Assembly (NCBI GenBank): GCA_903813345.2
Contig: CAIIXF020000001.1
Coordinates: 16,306,001 to 16,370,000, forward strand
Length of the DNA: 64,000 nucleotides
Source: Owenia fusiformis
Lineage: Eukaryota
Direction of reading: 5' to 3'
Below the pieces are notes generated by a model. The model was not told the DNA's origin and did no database searches. It saw nothing but the letters and a program-made list of their open reading frames with translations. Shown here in pieces: positions 13,401-26,520 of the stretch (the first letter of the stretch is position 1; the number at the start of each line of letters is the position of its first letter). The position numbers were made by a program, and so were the translations under genes.

Positions 13401-15500
13401 TCAATATTTTCCTTGATTGGACATATTTTTAAACGTTTTATTATCAAACTCAATAAGGTTGTATGAAAATCGATAAATAAATCTAATAATATTGAAGTTT
13501 AGAGGAACTATTTCTTGTATCTGCCATGTTATTTGAAACAAATTAGCCATCTGGTAGTGAAATTGGTAACTGGCTTCTGGCAGCTTGGTTTTTGTGGTAG
13601 TAATATCATCTTCACTTTGTAGTTCGAATTGCATCATATGTGCTGAACACATTGGGGCAACTGAGTTACAGATTGTACAAGAATTTATTTATTTCTCCTT
13701 CATTTATAACTCTATTCATTAATTCAGCTCAAATATTCTTGTATTTTAGTTATTCTTACTTTCCACTTACAGCTTCTGTTCCCACTCAACAAGCGAACTC
13801 AGGAGAATTTTGAGAAACACTTTAGTGCTGCTGGCCTGAATGCCATTTGTGACTACCAGAGGGCGCACCAGAGCTCTGAGGACAAAAAGGAATTAAAGTC
13901 AGAACTTGAAGAAATGATCAAGAATGAGGAGAATTCCAGTGAAATCATACCGTTTGTCAAAGATCAGATGAAAAAGAACAACATTGGGGAATCTGAGGCT
14001 TGTGTACTGGTATGTACTTTTCATGTATCTGTTACTTTATGTCATTTACTTTTTAAAAGAAAATTTTTACTTTGCACTTATCTGAACATTTATTTGCACT
14101 CACTTGAAAATTCATTAACACTCATTTGAGAAATTCCAAACCATTAAAAGGGATATATCAACCACACATGATCAATAACAAACCCTTAATAGTCAGAATA
14201 GGTGAAATAACACTTTTAGGTGAAATGAACAATGAACATTCTTAACTTTGGAAACCTTGTCACTGGATTTTTCCAACATTTCGGAGAGCCATCTGCAGTT
14301 TTATGGTTACTAATCAGCCCTCGTAATACTGCAAGTTTGCTCGGCTTTATCATACTTAGGTACTGGGATATATGTAAGAGCAAACTTGCCGGTATTTTCA
14401 TCTTAATGCAGATCCTTAAATGCTCACGGCATATTGAGGTCTGGTTAGTACCTGTGAGTTGGATGGCCATGCTGTGGACAACTTCTGGAGAGAACAATCC
14501 TCTTTAAATCTTTTCTCAATTAATTTGATGAAATTGAGATGAAACAGTTGAAATTAGGTGATATTTTACTTGAACATATTAACTGAAACTTCCAGATAAA
14601 ATATTCATATGTTTGCGTACGATTATCATAAATGATGCTAGATTATGTGTGTTAGAATGTATTCAAAATAAAATGTATTTTTAGGTGTGGAATACGATAA
14701 TGAATGCGGTAGAGTGGAACAAGAAAGAGGAGTTGGTAGCTGAGCAGGCTGTGAAACATCTCCAGCTGTACGCACCCGTCCTTGCAGCTCTCACAAACTC
14801 CCACAAGTCTGAGCTTTCCCTCATGTGTAAGGTCCAGAACTACTGCTTCAGCAACATTCACCTCATGAAGGTTTTCCAGCGTATCATTGTCCTGTTCTAC
14901 CATGGTTAGTATGAAAAAAGGTTCACTTAAATATACATATACTGTTGTATATAATATGAGTAATATGTAGTTGAATATGGTTTCATGTATATCTATAGAT
15001 GACATATTTTGAATAGACGGTTCAAAGGAATTTATTAACAATTGCCTATCCAAAGGCATTTATTCCACATGTTATTTCACGTCTATTTGTGAATTTTCAA
15101 ATAGTTAGTTAGCTTGTGAAACAATTAATCTAGTACTACAGTAGTACATGTAGTTTGATGTGATACATTTTCTCAAAAATGAACTTGAATAGATACTAGT
15201 AGTTGCAAATGTTCTGAAAATGACAAATTTGCCAAATTCAGTACAGTTTACCACCAAATCAAATCAATTTACACAAGAATGAACATTTGAAAACTTGAGT
15301 ACATGCAATATGTGAAGATATTCTCAATGTGTTTATGTTTTTTTCCTGTTGCAGCTGACGTCCTCAGTGAAGATACAATCATTAAGTGGTACAAGGAGGC
15401 CCACACTAACAAGGGGAAGAGCGTCTTCCTTGAGCAGATGAAATCTTTTGTCGAATGGCTTGAAAATGCTGAGGAGGAATCAGATGAGGAAGAAGATTAA
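10429..15500 (+). CDS. BZW: BZW1/BZW2 family eIF5-mimic protein (5MP, Drosophila krasavietz-like), W2 domain
   Basis: Coding exons 10429-10489, 10888-10970, 11486-11573, 11877-12040, 12308-12443, 12994-13103, 13773-14009, 14685-14904, 15355-15500, all GT-AG and frame-consistent; [44 protein letters not shown]-terminal [12 protein letters not shown]. Confidence 0.97.
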
Positions 15501-16789
15501 TGGGGAAATTCCTCAATATTTTCACGAATATTTGACAATTTATTTGATGGAGAGACTGAATCCTTGAATAGAAAAATGGCATAAATTTGACTAGAACTAG
15601 ATCAGTAGATTTTAATACCAACCATGTATTCACAAAAGCACGAAAAAGTATAAAATAAAATAAAGGTGCAGAATACTGTAAATTGCAAGTTCAAATATAT
15701 AGAGATGAATATTGTATAAAAGGTTCCATCTTTGAAGATATAAAGAAATTGAACTTGATAGTATTTGTTTCAGATTAAGTTGATTCTGTATCATCGTTTA
15801 AAAGTATTTGCTAGCTACTATATAAGATATGTCAATTTTGGATGAACTTTTTATGTAGTGTATTATTTGCACATGTTAATCTAACAGTTACCTAGCACTT
15901 GACAACTGATAGCTGCCTGCACCATTTATGTTTTTGTACCTCTGATGGGCCTCTAATTTCACAGAAATTGTGTTTCTAGATTTTGGCTATTGCTAACATT
16001 ATTTTTTATTTTGATATATTTGATGTATGATAGATATGCAATAATACAACCTGTCACAGTTGAATTGAGCACATATGTGGCTCTTAGAGCAGAGTAGGGC
16101 CATCTGGAAGCACTGGGTCAATAAATGTGCCTGAAAGCAAGAAATTCTGTGAAATTGGAGGTACCGCATTGTAAATATCAACAATATTGATGTCTGTGTA
16201 TTTTGATCTTTGTAAGATCTCAATTTCAAGGGAGAATTGGAATTATGTAGAGAAATAATCAATTTCAGGAATATAATGGAGAAAATATTTTATATTGGAA
16301 TGTATACCAAAAGTAATAACAATAAAATACATGATATTAATGAAGATGAATCGTCTTCTTATTTTCTTCTAGAGATTGATATCAAAGCATATACTCTAGG
16401 AGCAAAGAATAACATTCTACTTATATTGTGTTTTCTTTCTTTTAGCGAGATAAATTGTGACTTAAAAAGGGTGAAAGCGCTGAAACCAGAACAAATCGTG
16501 GAACTTTCCATATATGACCAGACAAACTTGCTGGGTGTAAAAATCAATTGTGCCCAAAATTTCCTCTATTTTTCACTTTTGGCAATTTTTACCCCCACTC
16601 GTAAAATTTATAGGGGTAGGCTTCATGAACATCCATAAAAATTTAGGATTATCATTTATTAGTATCAAAATTTCACCTTTTACCATGATACACATGATAA
16701 GAGATGAGATTCCAGCCAGTTTTTAAAAAACTGAATATTTACCTATCTTTATTAATTCCTTCTATCTTAGGCGATCAGCCAGGGGGATT

Positions 16790-17010
16790 GGTCGGTATCA
16801 AATTAGGGGAATAATTGCCCCCCCCCCCCTAAGTTGGGCCCAGAAAAAAAATTGGCCTCAAAATTTCAAAATATGGGCCCACTTTTCGGTTTTAGGGGCC
16901 CAACATTTTTTTCTCTGACCGGAAATTTGCCCCCCCCCCCCCCTTGTTGGTTCCTGGATCCGCCACTGCCACTAATTTACCATTCAAATTGACTCCTGAT
17001 ACTTTACAGA
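16790..17010. repeat. GC-rich dispersed repeat containing GGATCCGCCACTG; further copies at ~49535-49700 and ~59480-59563
   Basis: GGCCCACTTTTCGGTTTTAGGGGCCCAACATTTTT...GGTTCCTGGATCCGCCACTG is shared near-identically between 16875 and 49571. Confidence 0.75.
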
Positions 17011-17559
17011 AATGTGCCTGTTTTGATTTTTCTTATGTCAATATGTTAACTATAGAAATCTACTATTTTAGAAAATTCCATAATAGACTTTTTGAGAAAA
17101 ATACAATTTGATAAAGCCATATTGATAGCGGTTTATAATGGCAGCCAATGGAGATTTTTCAAAATTCAAACGCCAATATCTTTGGAACTAGGCAAACGAA
17201 AAAAAATCCTTCTTATTTTGAAGATAATCATGTTATTGTAAGATACTAGGAATATGGGCTTTATTACCCTAGAACTGTACTGCAGGGGGTGTTTTTGAAG
17301 ATTGATTAATTAACATGGGGCTCAATGTAAATGTGCAAAATTTTCGAGGCCTGCTTTTATCAACTGGGGCCACTTATCACCACCACTTCGTTAGATATCA
17401 AAATGAATTAATGATGCTTCTGTCAAATAATGGTGCTTTATAGCAGGTACTACTAGTATATTACTGACTATTTCAGCTATATTGGTTTTGCTATAAAACC
17501 ATCAAATCTTTCTGTATACGCAGCCCCCTGTTTATATCCGCTTACTTTCCCGTAACCTA

Positions 17560-17678
17560 TACAGTGCGTATCAAAAAACGCAACAGATTGTTATCTCGGA
17601 AAAGCACAAAACCAGTAATAACAGCATTGATTTCATTCAATGCACCATAAAGCCAAGAGTCTCCTCTTTACAATGATA
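17560..17678 (+). mobile_element. Left part of a Tc1/mariner-like repeat interrupted by the outer LTR element; continues at 45149-~45240
   Basis: Begins TA|CAGTG; the joined sequence CTCCTCTTTACAATGATA|TATCATTCATT matches uninterrupted relatives at ~48865-48930, ~49400-49510 (inverted) and ~55800-55860. Confidence 0.65.
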
Positions 17679-18376
17679 TGTTACAGATCGCTACCCGCAC
17701 AACGACACCACTTGTTACGGATCGCTACATGCACAGCGACACCAATTGTTACGGATCGCGATCGTAACTGTTGCTTCGGGATCTTGTGGTCATTCGGTAC
17801 TCGCGAGGCTCCTTTCTTCTAATCTAACACGACTCCTTTAGATTCGTTTCCTAATTTTATTGTAACTTCTTGATTATCGATCTCCATTATTGATTCGGTC
17901 AGCAGAACTTCAGTAGGCTTGTTATTGTTCCTCCTTTCAATAGTTGTTGAGCATCGTTGTGTGAGTAAAACTTACTGAATCAACAGATCTTGCCGACTTC
18001 TTTATATACCAGGTAAAATACATTATTTTACCTGTCAAAATTGTGCAAATATAAGTAAGAATATTGCTGATTTCATGCTTAGGTAAGCAAGATTCAAATC
18101 ATAATTCTGAGTTGTGATTGGTTGTTGGAAGTTTCAACTTGTCAGAATTCTTCTGATATATCTTTATTTTGGCTGAATATAGTAGCGTAGGGATTCCCCT
18201 GCACTAAAGCAAACTGAGGTCTAAATAGTCATTAATCATAAGAAAGCAGCAAGATCTTTACAATGTTTGAATATGCTGAATATAAATGGTATTTTATATT
18301 GGATAATAAATAATAAATAAATAATGAAGTAATTATATATAATTAAATATAATTACGTACTGACCGAATCATAACA
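17679..18376 (-). repeat. 3' LTR of the outer element
   Basis: Same sequence as 44451-45148; adjoins the PPT. Confidence 0.95.
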
Positions 18377-20199
18377 ATCTCCCCTTCTTTAGAAATTAAC
18401 CATACCTGGTTAATTTACTTTACAATATAAATTATTTATTTATTTATTTTATTTTTATTTTATATTTTTGAGATGATAAACCACATTCCGGCCGCGCAAC
18501 AACCCATTAGGTTGACGTGGTTCCTGGTTCCAATGAATGTGGCGAAAGACCAGGATTACTTTCATGCTCCAGAGTTCATGGTTTAATTAACTGTTAAGAG
18601 GCACTATTTGTAAAAAGGGGGCAGGACACCATTGGAGGGTGGCACATGTCAAATTTTATATTTCAAAAATTTTATTCTTATATGAAAGTATGACCATTGG
18701 GAAGCCAAAATATGTTATTCATTTTTCTCACAGATGATTGGTTAGTGTGTGACACCGTTGCTAAGCAACCCATGTTTGTTGTCTTTTTACAACCTAGAAA
18801 ATGCACCAAAATCAGTGAAAAAAGACATATTTCTAGCTTATGATATGCCAAGAAGATAATCCAAAACCAGTTAATAACCATTTGATTTGTATATGGGACA
18901 TGTTGAAGAGTTCATATGTATTGTTTATTATGACGTCACATTGGTTGCCATGGTAACGGAGCCTTTTCTGGAACATGGGTCAATTAAGAGACGAAATGGC
19001 AGCCATCTTTGGACCCAGTTTGTTTAATAAGCCAGATGTCCCATGTAGAGTGGGTATTACTGTTGGAAAGAGGAGCATTAGAGCTTTCATAATCTGCAAT
19101 AAAATAACTGGGATTTGGGGTTTTCAAGATTTTACAAGCATTTTACTTTTAACTTTTTTTTCGATGTTTTCGGCCATTTCTTCAAGGTTTTCGTGATTTT
19201 AATTGTAAACATGAGGGTCAATATAGAGACGAAATGGCAACCATCTTTGGATCCAATTTGCCAGAAAAGCCAGATGTCCCATGTACAGTGAGTATTACTG
19301 TTGGAAAGAGGAGCATTAGGGCCTTAATAATCTGCAATAAAATAACTGGGATTTTGATATTGTTTAGATGTAGCAATGATTATCATCTTATATCTAAATC
19401 TGCCACATATGATATATGGAGAATAAGGATGACATTGCTGGCACAATAAACCCTATTGGCCAAAATGGAAGGATGTTAGGTCAATATAATTGTCTTAATA
19501 AAGTGCCCATACTCCATTTTTCATTGTTCAAATCATGGGCTTTCAATTATATTTTTTATAAAGAAATGTGTGTTATCAAGCAGGATTATTAATTTAAACT
19601 TCAAATGGATTATAATCATTGAATTGATGGATGAAGTAGTTACAATGCTTCTTTTAACCAATCTCATGTTATATTTGCTAATACTAAGCTACCCCTACCC
19701 CATTTTCCAAAATATAAATTTTCAACGTAATTCGCAATTTAAGTCAAGTAGCACTTAAGATTAGAGTTACATCATGTATGGAGTATTAAGACATGAAATG
19801 TATTTGATTGACTAGATTAAGCCAGCTAGCCTGGAATTGACCAAAAAACCTCTAGACATGAAACATTGATATGTGACAGGTTCTGAATCAGGCTCAAAAG
19901 TGATGAGTCGGCACATTTTATCATATCAAGTTAGAGTTTCAATTTACAAGAAACTTTAAGTATAAGAAGAAAAAATATCCACACCTCTATTTTTATTTAT
20001 TGTGTATCATATCCATCATGATAAACCATGACATCTCAAACCTTCTCAGCCCTAAGGTGAAACAGAAAGAGGCTATGAGTATTACATAGCAATACAACAC
20101 AATTGATGTTTGGAAAATATCCGCAAACTCTTGGCGCAAACTGTACATGATATACTTGGTATGCAGTTCATTTCCCATCTTTCTGACCGTTTTATTTAG

Positions 20200-20316
20200 C
20201 AGTTATGTCCCTATCATTGAATATATGCCTAAGGTCTGTCACCAATATAGCCCGAGCTTGCGAGGGTTATATTACGACAGACCGAAGGCATATATTCAAT
20301 GATACGGACATAACTG
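20200..20316. repeat. 117-bp hairpin with CCCGAGCTTGCGAGGG in the loop
   Basis: CAGTTATGTCCCTATCATTGAATATATGCC...GGCATATATTCAATGATACGGACATAACTG. Confidence 0.8.
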
Positions 20317-22927
20317 TTGTATTACATACTGTGACGGAATGTGGCGTCTGGGCCGAGCGGAAACCCGTGTGTCACTTTAAAACTCTCACGTGGTATGAGA
20401 GCCGGCGGGGAACGTCTGTTGGTGAAAGGATTTTGTTGTGTTGATTTTTATTATATCGTTATGCCACTGATATAACATGCATAAAATAACAGAATGACAA
20501 GGGAAATACACAATGAATAACTTTGAGATGAATGAGTCAATTTAGAGGAATGTGTAAATGGAATTAATTATGATAAAGATTCTGGCCAATATCTATTTAT
20601 ACTTTCTAGCTCCTTTGGTGATGGCTCATGAGCAAAATGAACTGAGCAATCGGTACCTTTGGCTACAATCAATTTCGGCTCGGGAGGAAAATACAATACT
20701 CAAATAGCTTAGCAAAACTTCATACACAAAATGGAGGCCGTCAAAATCCTCCTTATCAATGACTCAATATAAAGCAGGGGCAACTCAATGGGCTCCGGAG
20801 CAAAATGTAATGCTCTCAATAATCAGTGAGTCTCTAAACAAAGCATAAAGTTTCAATAGGCTCCGGAGGAAAATGCAAGACTCCGAATAAATAGCTGAAC
20901 AAGTGGGAGCAACTCAACGGGCTCCAGAGCAAAGTGCAATGCTCCCAAATCAATAGCTAAACAAGCTTGTAAGCAAAACAGGAGCTTTGAGAGCAATTAA
21001 GTACCTATTGCATATGAATTACTACTACCTTGGTTATACCAATTAAGTCACATAGCAATAGTCTTACACTACCTTGCCTCTTTGGAATAAACTCTTTGCT
21101 CCACACAAGTGAAATCGGCTCCGGAGCAAAACGTAAGGAGCAGTTTTGGTAAGAGCAATTTGTTACAGATATGGACAATCTTTATGGTTGTGAATGAAAT
21201 TGAAATAATTGACAAGTCGACAGAAATACTGAGAATGAAAGATAAGAAAATAATGAATGTGTGAACTGTTAAAGTGATAGAACTACGGGGAATAAAGGAT
21301 TGGAAATAACGAATGGCAGGTGGAACGTTTCACAAAGAATGGAATGTAAAAGATTGAATGAAGGAAAGGATATGAATTTGAACTTATTTCCCTTATCACT
21401 CTTGGATTGCAAAGTGGAATTAAAACGGTTATGTAAACTAGATTCTCTCACTCTGACTTCACTTTACAGATCTAACAGAAAAAGTGAATTTAAAGAACAA
21501 ATAACAAGACTTTATTATAATTACCGTATGCAGAATACATGTTCACAACAGCACTGAACGACTTTCAGTATGACAACGCATCTCCGTGTAACGCAAAATA
21601 TATCCAGTTCAAGTTCGTTATAAATCCATAATATAACACCATCAATAGCACAAATATCTGACGTTACTCAATACAGCAATATAAATCCACAATCTGTTAC
21701 GAATCTGTTATAAATCCAAATGATACAATTTTGTTATAATTCCAAAATGCGATCGCAGCTCCTTACTCTTCAACGATTCAAAACTAGACTGACCATTCCT
21801 CGAATGATCGTGAGAACACTAAGATTACGGAACATCTCTTTCCATATAAGGAAATGTTACTATGACAACGAATCTGAATGCTTGCTACAATGTCAAAATA
21901 TCTGTCACATCAAAGACTTAATAAACCTACAGCGAGCTGTCAATCAATTTACTATGTGAGAAAGTTTTTGAAAGTGACGGCAAAATGCCGTAAGAAACAT
22001 AAATCTTGACTGAAAAACACTCTTTTTAAATTACAATATCTCCTAAAGTATGAGATCAAATTCAACGTTTAATACACCGTTTAAAAGCTCAATTCACCCT
22101 TAATTTAAGAAATAATTATTATAATTTATAGACAAATACTCTTCTCTATATTTAATGAGAGAGAACATGAGTAAATAAGAACTAAAATCATGTGTGCCAG
22201 GCGGCCGTGAATTAAATAAAATCACACGTTTACACTAGTTATTTAAACATGTCTTACTCAAAAACCATTATTCCTTTTTGCATGAAATAAAAATGAATAA
22301 ATCGTTAAAAGAATGTTCTTTTTAACCATATATAAAACATAATTTGATCTTGATCAGAAAACCATGAAAATAAAACTTGAAACTAAATAAGAAAAATGCG
22401 CTCCCGCTACACACCCCCCAACTTAGGAACATGTACGCCCTCGTACATACACACAAAAATAGAAGAAGCGGAAAGCATTTTTCTAAAATAACTCAGTTTA
22501 GAGAACATCTTATAAATCCATGAGATAAAATGAAATAGTTAACCTATAACTTATTATGTGTCTCTAAACAATGTTGCACAGTCAAGTGTCCTCCATCTGC
22601 TGCATGGGATATGAACTCATAAACTGCTTTACTCCTACTCAGGTCACTTGTAAGTCCATAATCCGTTATTGGTTCTCGAAAACAGTGTACTCTGATAATC
22701 CCATATCTGTTATAAATAAACTGGTATAAACTGGTATATCAGTCCCTGTTCATTGTTCTCTGGACACTGGTATAAAAGTCTCTTGTCACGGTGGCTTGTA
22801 ATGACGACTACACCTAGGAGTATATGGTAGCCAACATCTCATCTTGTTGTTGGGTCTTTGGGATCCCCTGGAAAAAATCCTCCAGTTCAAAATTGAACTG
22901 GAGTCATCATCACACATTGGTTTATTA

Positions 22928-25900
22928 TCAGTGATGGAACAAACATTTATAGCTCGGAGTTCTTTGTAAATGCAATGTTTCTCCATGAGCCTTAGGAGCA
23001 TTTAACAATCTATTTATCGGAGGACAATCATTACTACAGTTGGACAAACATTTATAAATTTCTCCTCCAGATGTGGAAGGAGGTACAATAGTGTCCAACT
23101 TTGTCTCTCCTGTTACTTTTTCCTTTTTACTCAAGGAAGGTGGCACAGTATTTTGCTCCTCGGTTCTGCCGAAAACCTCTAATAAAGGAAACTCCGGGAG
23201 CTTCTCATGAGCTAACACTTCGGTTTCAAGTTTACACATTTCCCAGGAGGAAGGGAGCTCACCCTCAAATCGTCTCAACTGGTCAACATGAATGACCTTG
23301 GGTTTACCTCCTTTGGGATTAACAATTTTACATGTCAAATCAGATGTTACACTGACCACTTTCCATGGTCCAGTCCATCGACTCTTGGACTTAGGAGTGC
23401 TGTCTTTCATTCTTTGGTCATTCTTAAACCATACAGCATCTCCAGCTACATATAATTTACTTGCAACATGCTCATTAGAATTGCGCTTTCGCTGAGGATT
23501 TTTCCTTGCAGCACAAGTACTACAGGCTCTACAAAATGCACGAGCATCAGCATGTTGCCTATGCCAATAAAATCTGGCTCTAGTTTTCTGGTAAGTCTTG
23601 TTTACTCCAAAATGTCCTGAGCAGACATTGGTGTGGGAGTACTTTAACACAGTCTCCTTCATAGGCCTTGGTGTAATGATTTGAAGGGTACATGAAGTTC
23701 CTCCATCATTCTCCCAAGATCGACATAAGACACCATTCTTAATGGTTAACCTATTCCATTGGGTCCAGTAAGTTTTCGTTATCTCAGACTTACAACTGAT
23801 TTCTTTCCAATGTGGTCTGTGTTTTGAATGGTTCAAGGCATGCCATATCGGACTGATGTGAGGATCTTCACGTTGAGCCTCACTTATAGTTTTTAGTGTC
23901 CATTGCGGGACCTCATTATGTTCACAGTTTAGCTTCCCGGAGGAGCTTTTCAATCCACAGCTGGATTTCTTGTCATTAAGACTCTTAAGCAGAGTGGGAG
24001 CTTTGTGACTCCTCACATTTGGCTCATCTACTGATATCTCATAAATTTCCTCACTTACATTTCCATTGGAGGAATTCAGTAACAAATCTCTATTGTGGTA
24101 ATTAATATTGACTCCTTGTTTAGACAAGATGTCACAACCCAAAATGTTGAACCCACTGAGCTGAGCAACAATTATCTGGCCCTCACAAGTAGTACCACAG
24201 AGATCAACAGAGCATTCTATTGCTCCAAATATCTTAAGATGGGAGCCATCCGCCTGTTTAAATATTTTATTCACTTTACATAATTCAGGCTGATTTTCTA
24301 AGGGTATTTTCTGGTAATCAGCAATGTCAATCATAGTTCTGACTGCCCCTGTGTCTACTAGAAAATTCATAGGGTAGCCACATATCTCAGCAGTAGTTAT
24401 TATTCTCTTCACTTGATTTGAACTATCTACATTCTCAAAACTAATAGGAGCAACAGTAGTTTTCTTATCTCTATCCCTTGACTGTGAAGTCTTGGGAAAG
24501 GTACACTCATTACTGTAATGCCCTAATTTGTCACAATTATAACAGGTTATCTCAGACCTAGGCTTTCTTGAGGACCTTTTCTTTACCAGAACAGTTAACA
24601 GAGCCTCCAGCCTGTCAAATAGCTTGTACAGTGCATCATTACTGACGAGATTACCATCGTTAGCACTGCTCTCAATATCAACTGCACCTATGTTATCTGA
24701 TAATAACGTAGGTTTTTGACCCTTACGAATTCGTTCAGATTCAAGGTAAGACTCTTGTTTGAGAGCAATAGAAATAGCTTCATCTAGTGTATCAGGCTCT
24801 CCCATATTAACCACATCTCGAATCTGATCATCAAGCAATGCTTGTTGAAAGTGAGTGCGAGCAAATCTGTCTTGAGCTTCTCTGGACAGTTCAGGAAATG
24901 CCAGAGCTGCCAAGCGTCGAATGTCTTGGCCTAGTTTTTGCAGTGGCTCCTTTGGCCTCTGCTGTCTACTATGAAACTGAGCTTCATACAATTTGGCCTT
25001 GCCTTCAGGCCCAAATCGTTTATCAAGTGCACTCACTAATTGCTCATATGTATAGCCAGGTTGCAATTCATTCAAAATCTCCAAGGCCTGCCCCTTCAAA
25101 CTGGATGCCAGAAAATCATTTCTAGCATTTATGCTCCAGTTATTTGAGCGAGCACACACTTCAAAATGCCTTTTATAGTCTTGCCATGGACTTGTACCGT
25201 CATACTTATCAGGTTTTATTTTCACAGATTTGTTACTAGATTGGTTATCATTTTTCAATGATCCAATAACTTCTCTTACAACCTGTAATACAGGGGTCAT
25301 ATCAACATCAGGTGACGGTGAAGTAGTACCTGTCACATTTACTGTCTGCTGTGTCTGTGAAATGTTTTCTCTATGTGGAGAACTATTCAACAGATCACAA
25401 TTCGGTACGTGCTCTAACACAATATCTCGTGAGGGAGAACTACTAAGTAAATTCCTCTTATTCCCGCCATACTGAGGAGCACTGGGATGATGTGAATCTT
25501 CCCTTCTTACTGAGAGGAATTTGTTTGGAGCCTCATTTATATAATCAGTATTCATGGCTCCTTTGCAAAATTTTATACCCGTTACATTTCGAGCCATCTC
25601 TAAAGTATTTGACACCTTCATTTCGGGTATCTGGCTCTTTTCTCTAGCCTGTTCATCCAGGTCTGAAACAATACCAGGTAAAGACGGAGGATCACCTCCC
25701 ATCTCTGGTGAACTGTGATTAATTGCACTCTGTCTTTTAAGAGCATGTGACTTCTTATGAGGAGACCTTTCCATCTGCTCTACTAATGGAGCTAACTCCT
25801 CCCTTTCAACACGTGCATCTCCTCCTTTAACAACATCTTGAGGAGTTCTGAACCTGACTTTCTCAAGTTCATTCATCAAGGAGCGATTTTCATTAATCAA
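22928..25900 (-). CDS. Gag-protease-truncated integrase polyprotein (no RT, RNase H or DDE core)
   Basis: Capsid (KPDKYDGTSPW...F), CCHC knuckle CYNCDKLGHYSNEC (~24502-24543), protease FLVDTGA (~24345-24365), integrase HHCC (H...GHFG...CRACSTC, ~23512-23635), then GDAVW...WTGPWKV. First ATG at 25876; the frame continues upstream through one TAG. Confidence 0.9.
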   Translation of the reverse strand: MINENRSLMNELEKVRFRTPQDVVKGGDARVEREELAPLVEQMERSPHKKSHALKRQSAINHSSPEMGGDPPSLPGIVSDLDEQAREKSQIPEMKVSNTLEMARNVTGIKFCKGAMNTDYINEAPNKFLSVRREDSHHPSAPQYGGNKRNLLSSSPSRDIVLEHVPNCDLLNSSPHRENISQTQQTVNVTGTTSPSPDVDMTPVLQVVREVIGSLKNDNQSSNKSVKIKPDKYDGTSPWQDYKRHFEVCARSNNWSINARNDFLASSLKGQALEILNELQPGYTYEQLVSALDKRFGPEGKAKLYEAQFHSRQQRPKEPLQKLGQDIRRLAALAFPELSREAQDRFARTHFQQALLDDQIRDVVNMGEPDTLDEAISIALKQESYLESERIRKGQKPTLLSDNIGAVDIESSANDGNLVSNDALYKLFDRLEALLTVLVKKRSSRKPRSEITCYNCDKLGHYSNECTFPKTSQSRDRDKKTTVAPISFENVDSSNQVKRIITTAEICGYPMNFLVDTGAVRTMIDIADYQKIPLENQPELCKVNKIFKQADGSHLKIFGAIECSVDLCGTTCEGQIIVAQLSGFNILGCDILSKQGVNINYHNRDLLLNSSNGNVSEEIYEISVDEPNVRSHKAPTLLKSLNDKKSSCGLKSSSGKLNCEHNEVPQWTLKTISEAQREDPHISPIWHALNHSKHRPHWKEISCKSEITKTYWTQWNRLTIKNGVLCRSWENDGGTSCTLQIITPRPMKETVLKYSHTNVCSGHFGVNKTYQKTRARFYWHRQHADARAFCRACSTCAARKNPQRKRNSNEHVASKLYVAGDAVWFKNDQRMKDSTPKSKSRWTGPWKVVSVTSDLTCKIVNPKGGKPKVIHVDQLRRFEGELPSSWEMCKLETEVLAHEKLPEFPLLEVFGRTEEQNTVPPSLSKKEKVTGETKLDTIVPPSTSGGEIYKCLSNCSNDCPPINRLLNAPKAHGETLHLQRTPSYKCLFHH

Positions 25901-25903
25901 CTC

Positions 25904-26520
25904 CTATGTCTCACGCTTACAACGAGAAATCTCTTTTTCCATCGTGGCTTTGTAAGCAGACAAACTCTGTTCCATCTGAGACGACAGGATAGGAACCAAT
26001 GAGGAAACTGCCTGTGTCACTTCAGATTTCAGAGTTAAGCTCATGCTAGATACAATTTGTATCACATCTGATTTCATGGAGCCCATGTTAGATTCAATTT
26101 GTGTTACATCTGATTTCATGGAGCCCATGTTAGATTTCATAATATCCACTGTATTGCCAATTAAGTCAATGTTGCTCCACAGATGACTAATTTGGTCACT
26201 CATGGCACTGATTTTGTCTGTCTCTGAGGTTGGCACAGCAGTGGAAGAGCAAGGAGCCGGTTGGCAGTCCTCTCTTTTCTTTTTCCCTTTATAAAACTCA
26301 AACCAGTGTCAGACACATACCAATATCCAGTGGATTTTGCCTTCATTTCAAGGTTAGAATCAGTCTTGGGTGTGCTCATAGCAGCATTACCCTTCTTGAA
26401 ATATACAGTGGGCTCTTGGCTCGACTGAGCACTTGTACCACACTTTGTCAGATCTATTAAATCATCTGAGTCTTTACTTGACTCCATAGTGCTCTTTACA
26501 TGCACAAATCTGACTTTCAA
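25904..26520 (-). pseudogene. Upstream Gag N-terminal part (coiled-coil repeats) separated by one frameshift and one in-frame TAG
   Basis: ORF 25904-26236 is in frame with the 990-aa ORF (ACA TAG GAG TTG) and has repeated MGSMKSDV.QI; ORF 26200-26520 overlaps it in another frame. Confidence 0.6.

Noticed and set aside
18184-18195. AGCGTAGGGATT in the outer LTR equals 12 nt of the inner gypsy PBS
   Set aside because: Opposite orientation relative to the elements, no TGG start, and short enough to be chance.
18975-19449. ORFs repeated at 37569-38333
   Set aside because: They arise from the Sola3-like TIRs and their sub-repeats.
20340-20365. tRNA A-box-like GGCCGAGCGG at the gypsy LTR end
   Set aside because: No B box or cloverleaf found; not called a tRNA or SINE.
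21269-21959. ORFs repeated identically at 28436-29126
   Set aside because: They are LTR duplicates with no recognisable protein features.
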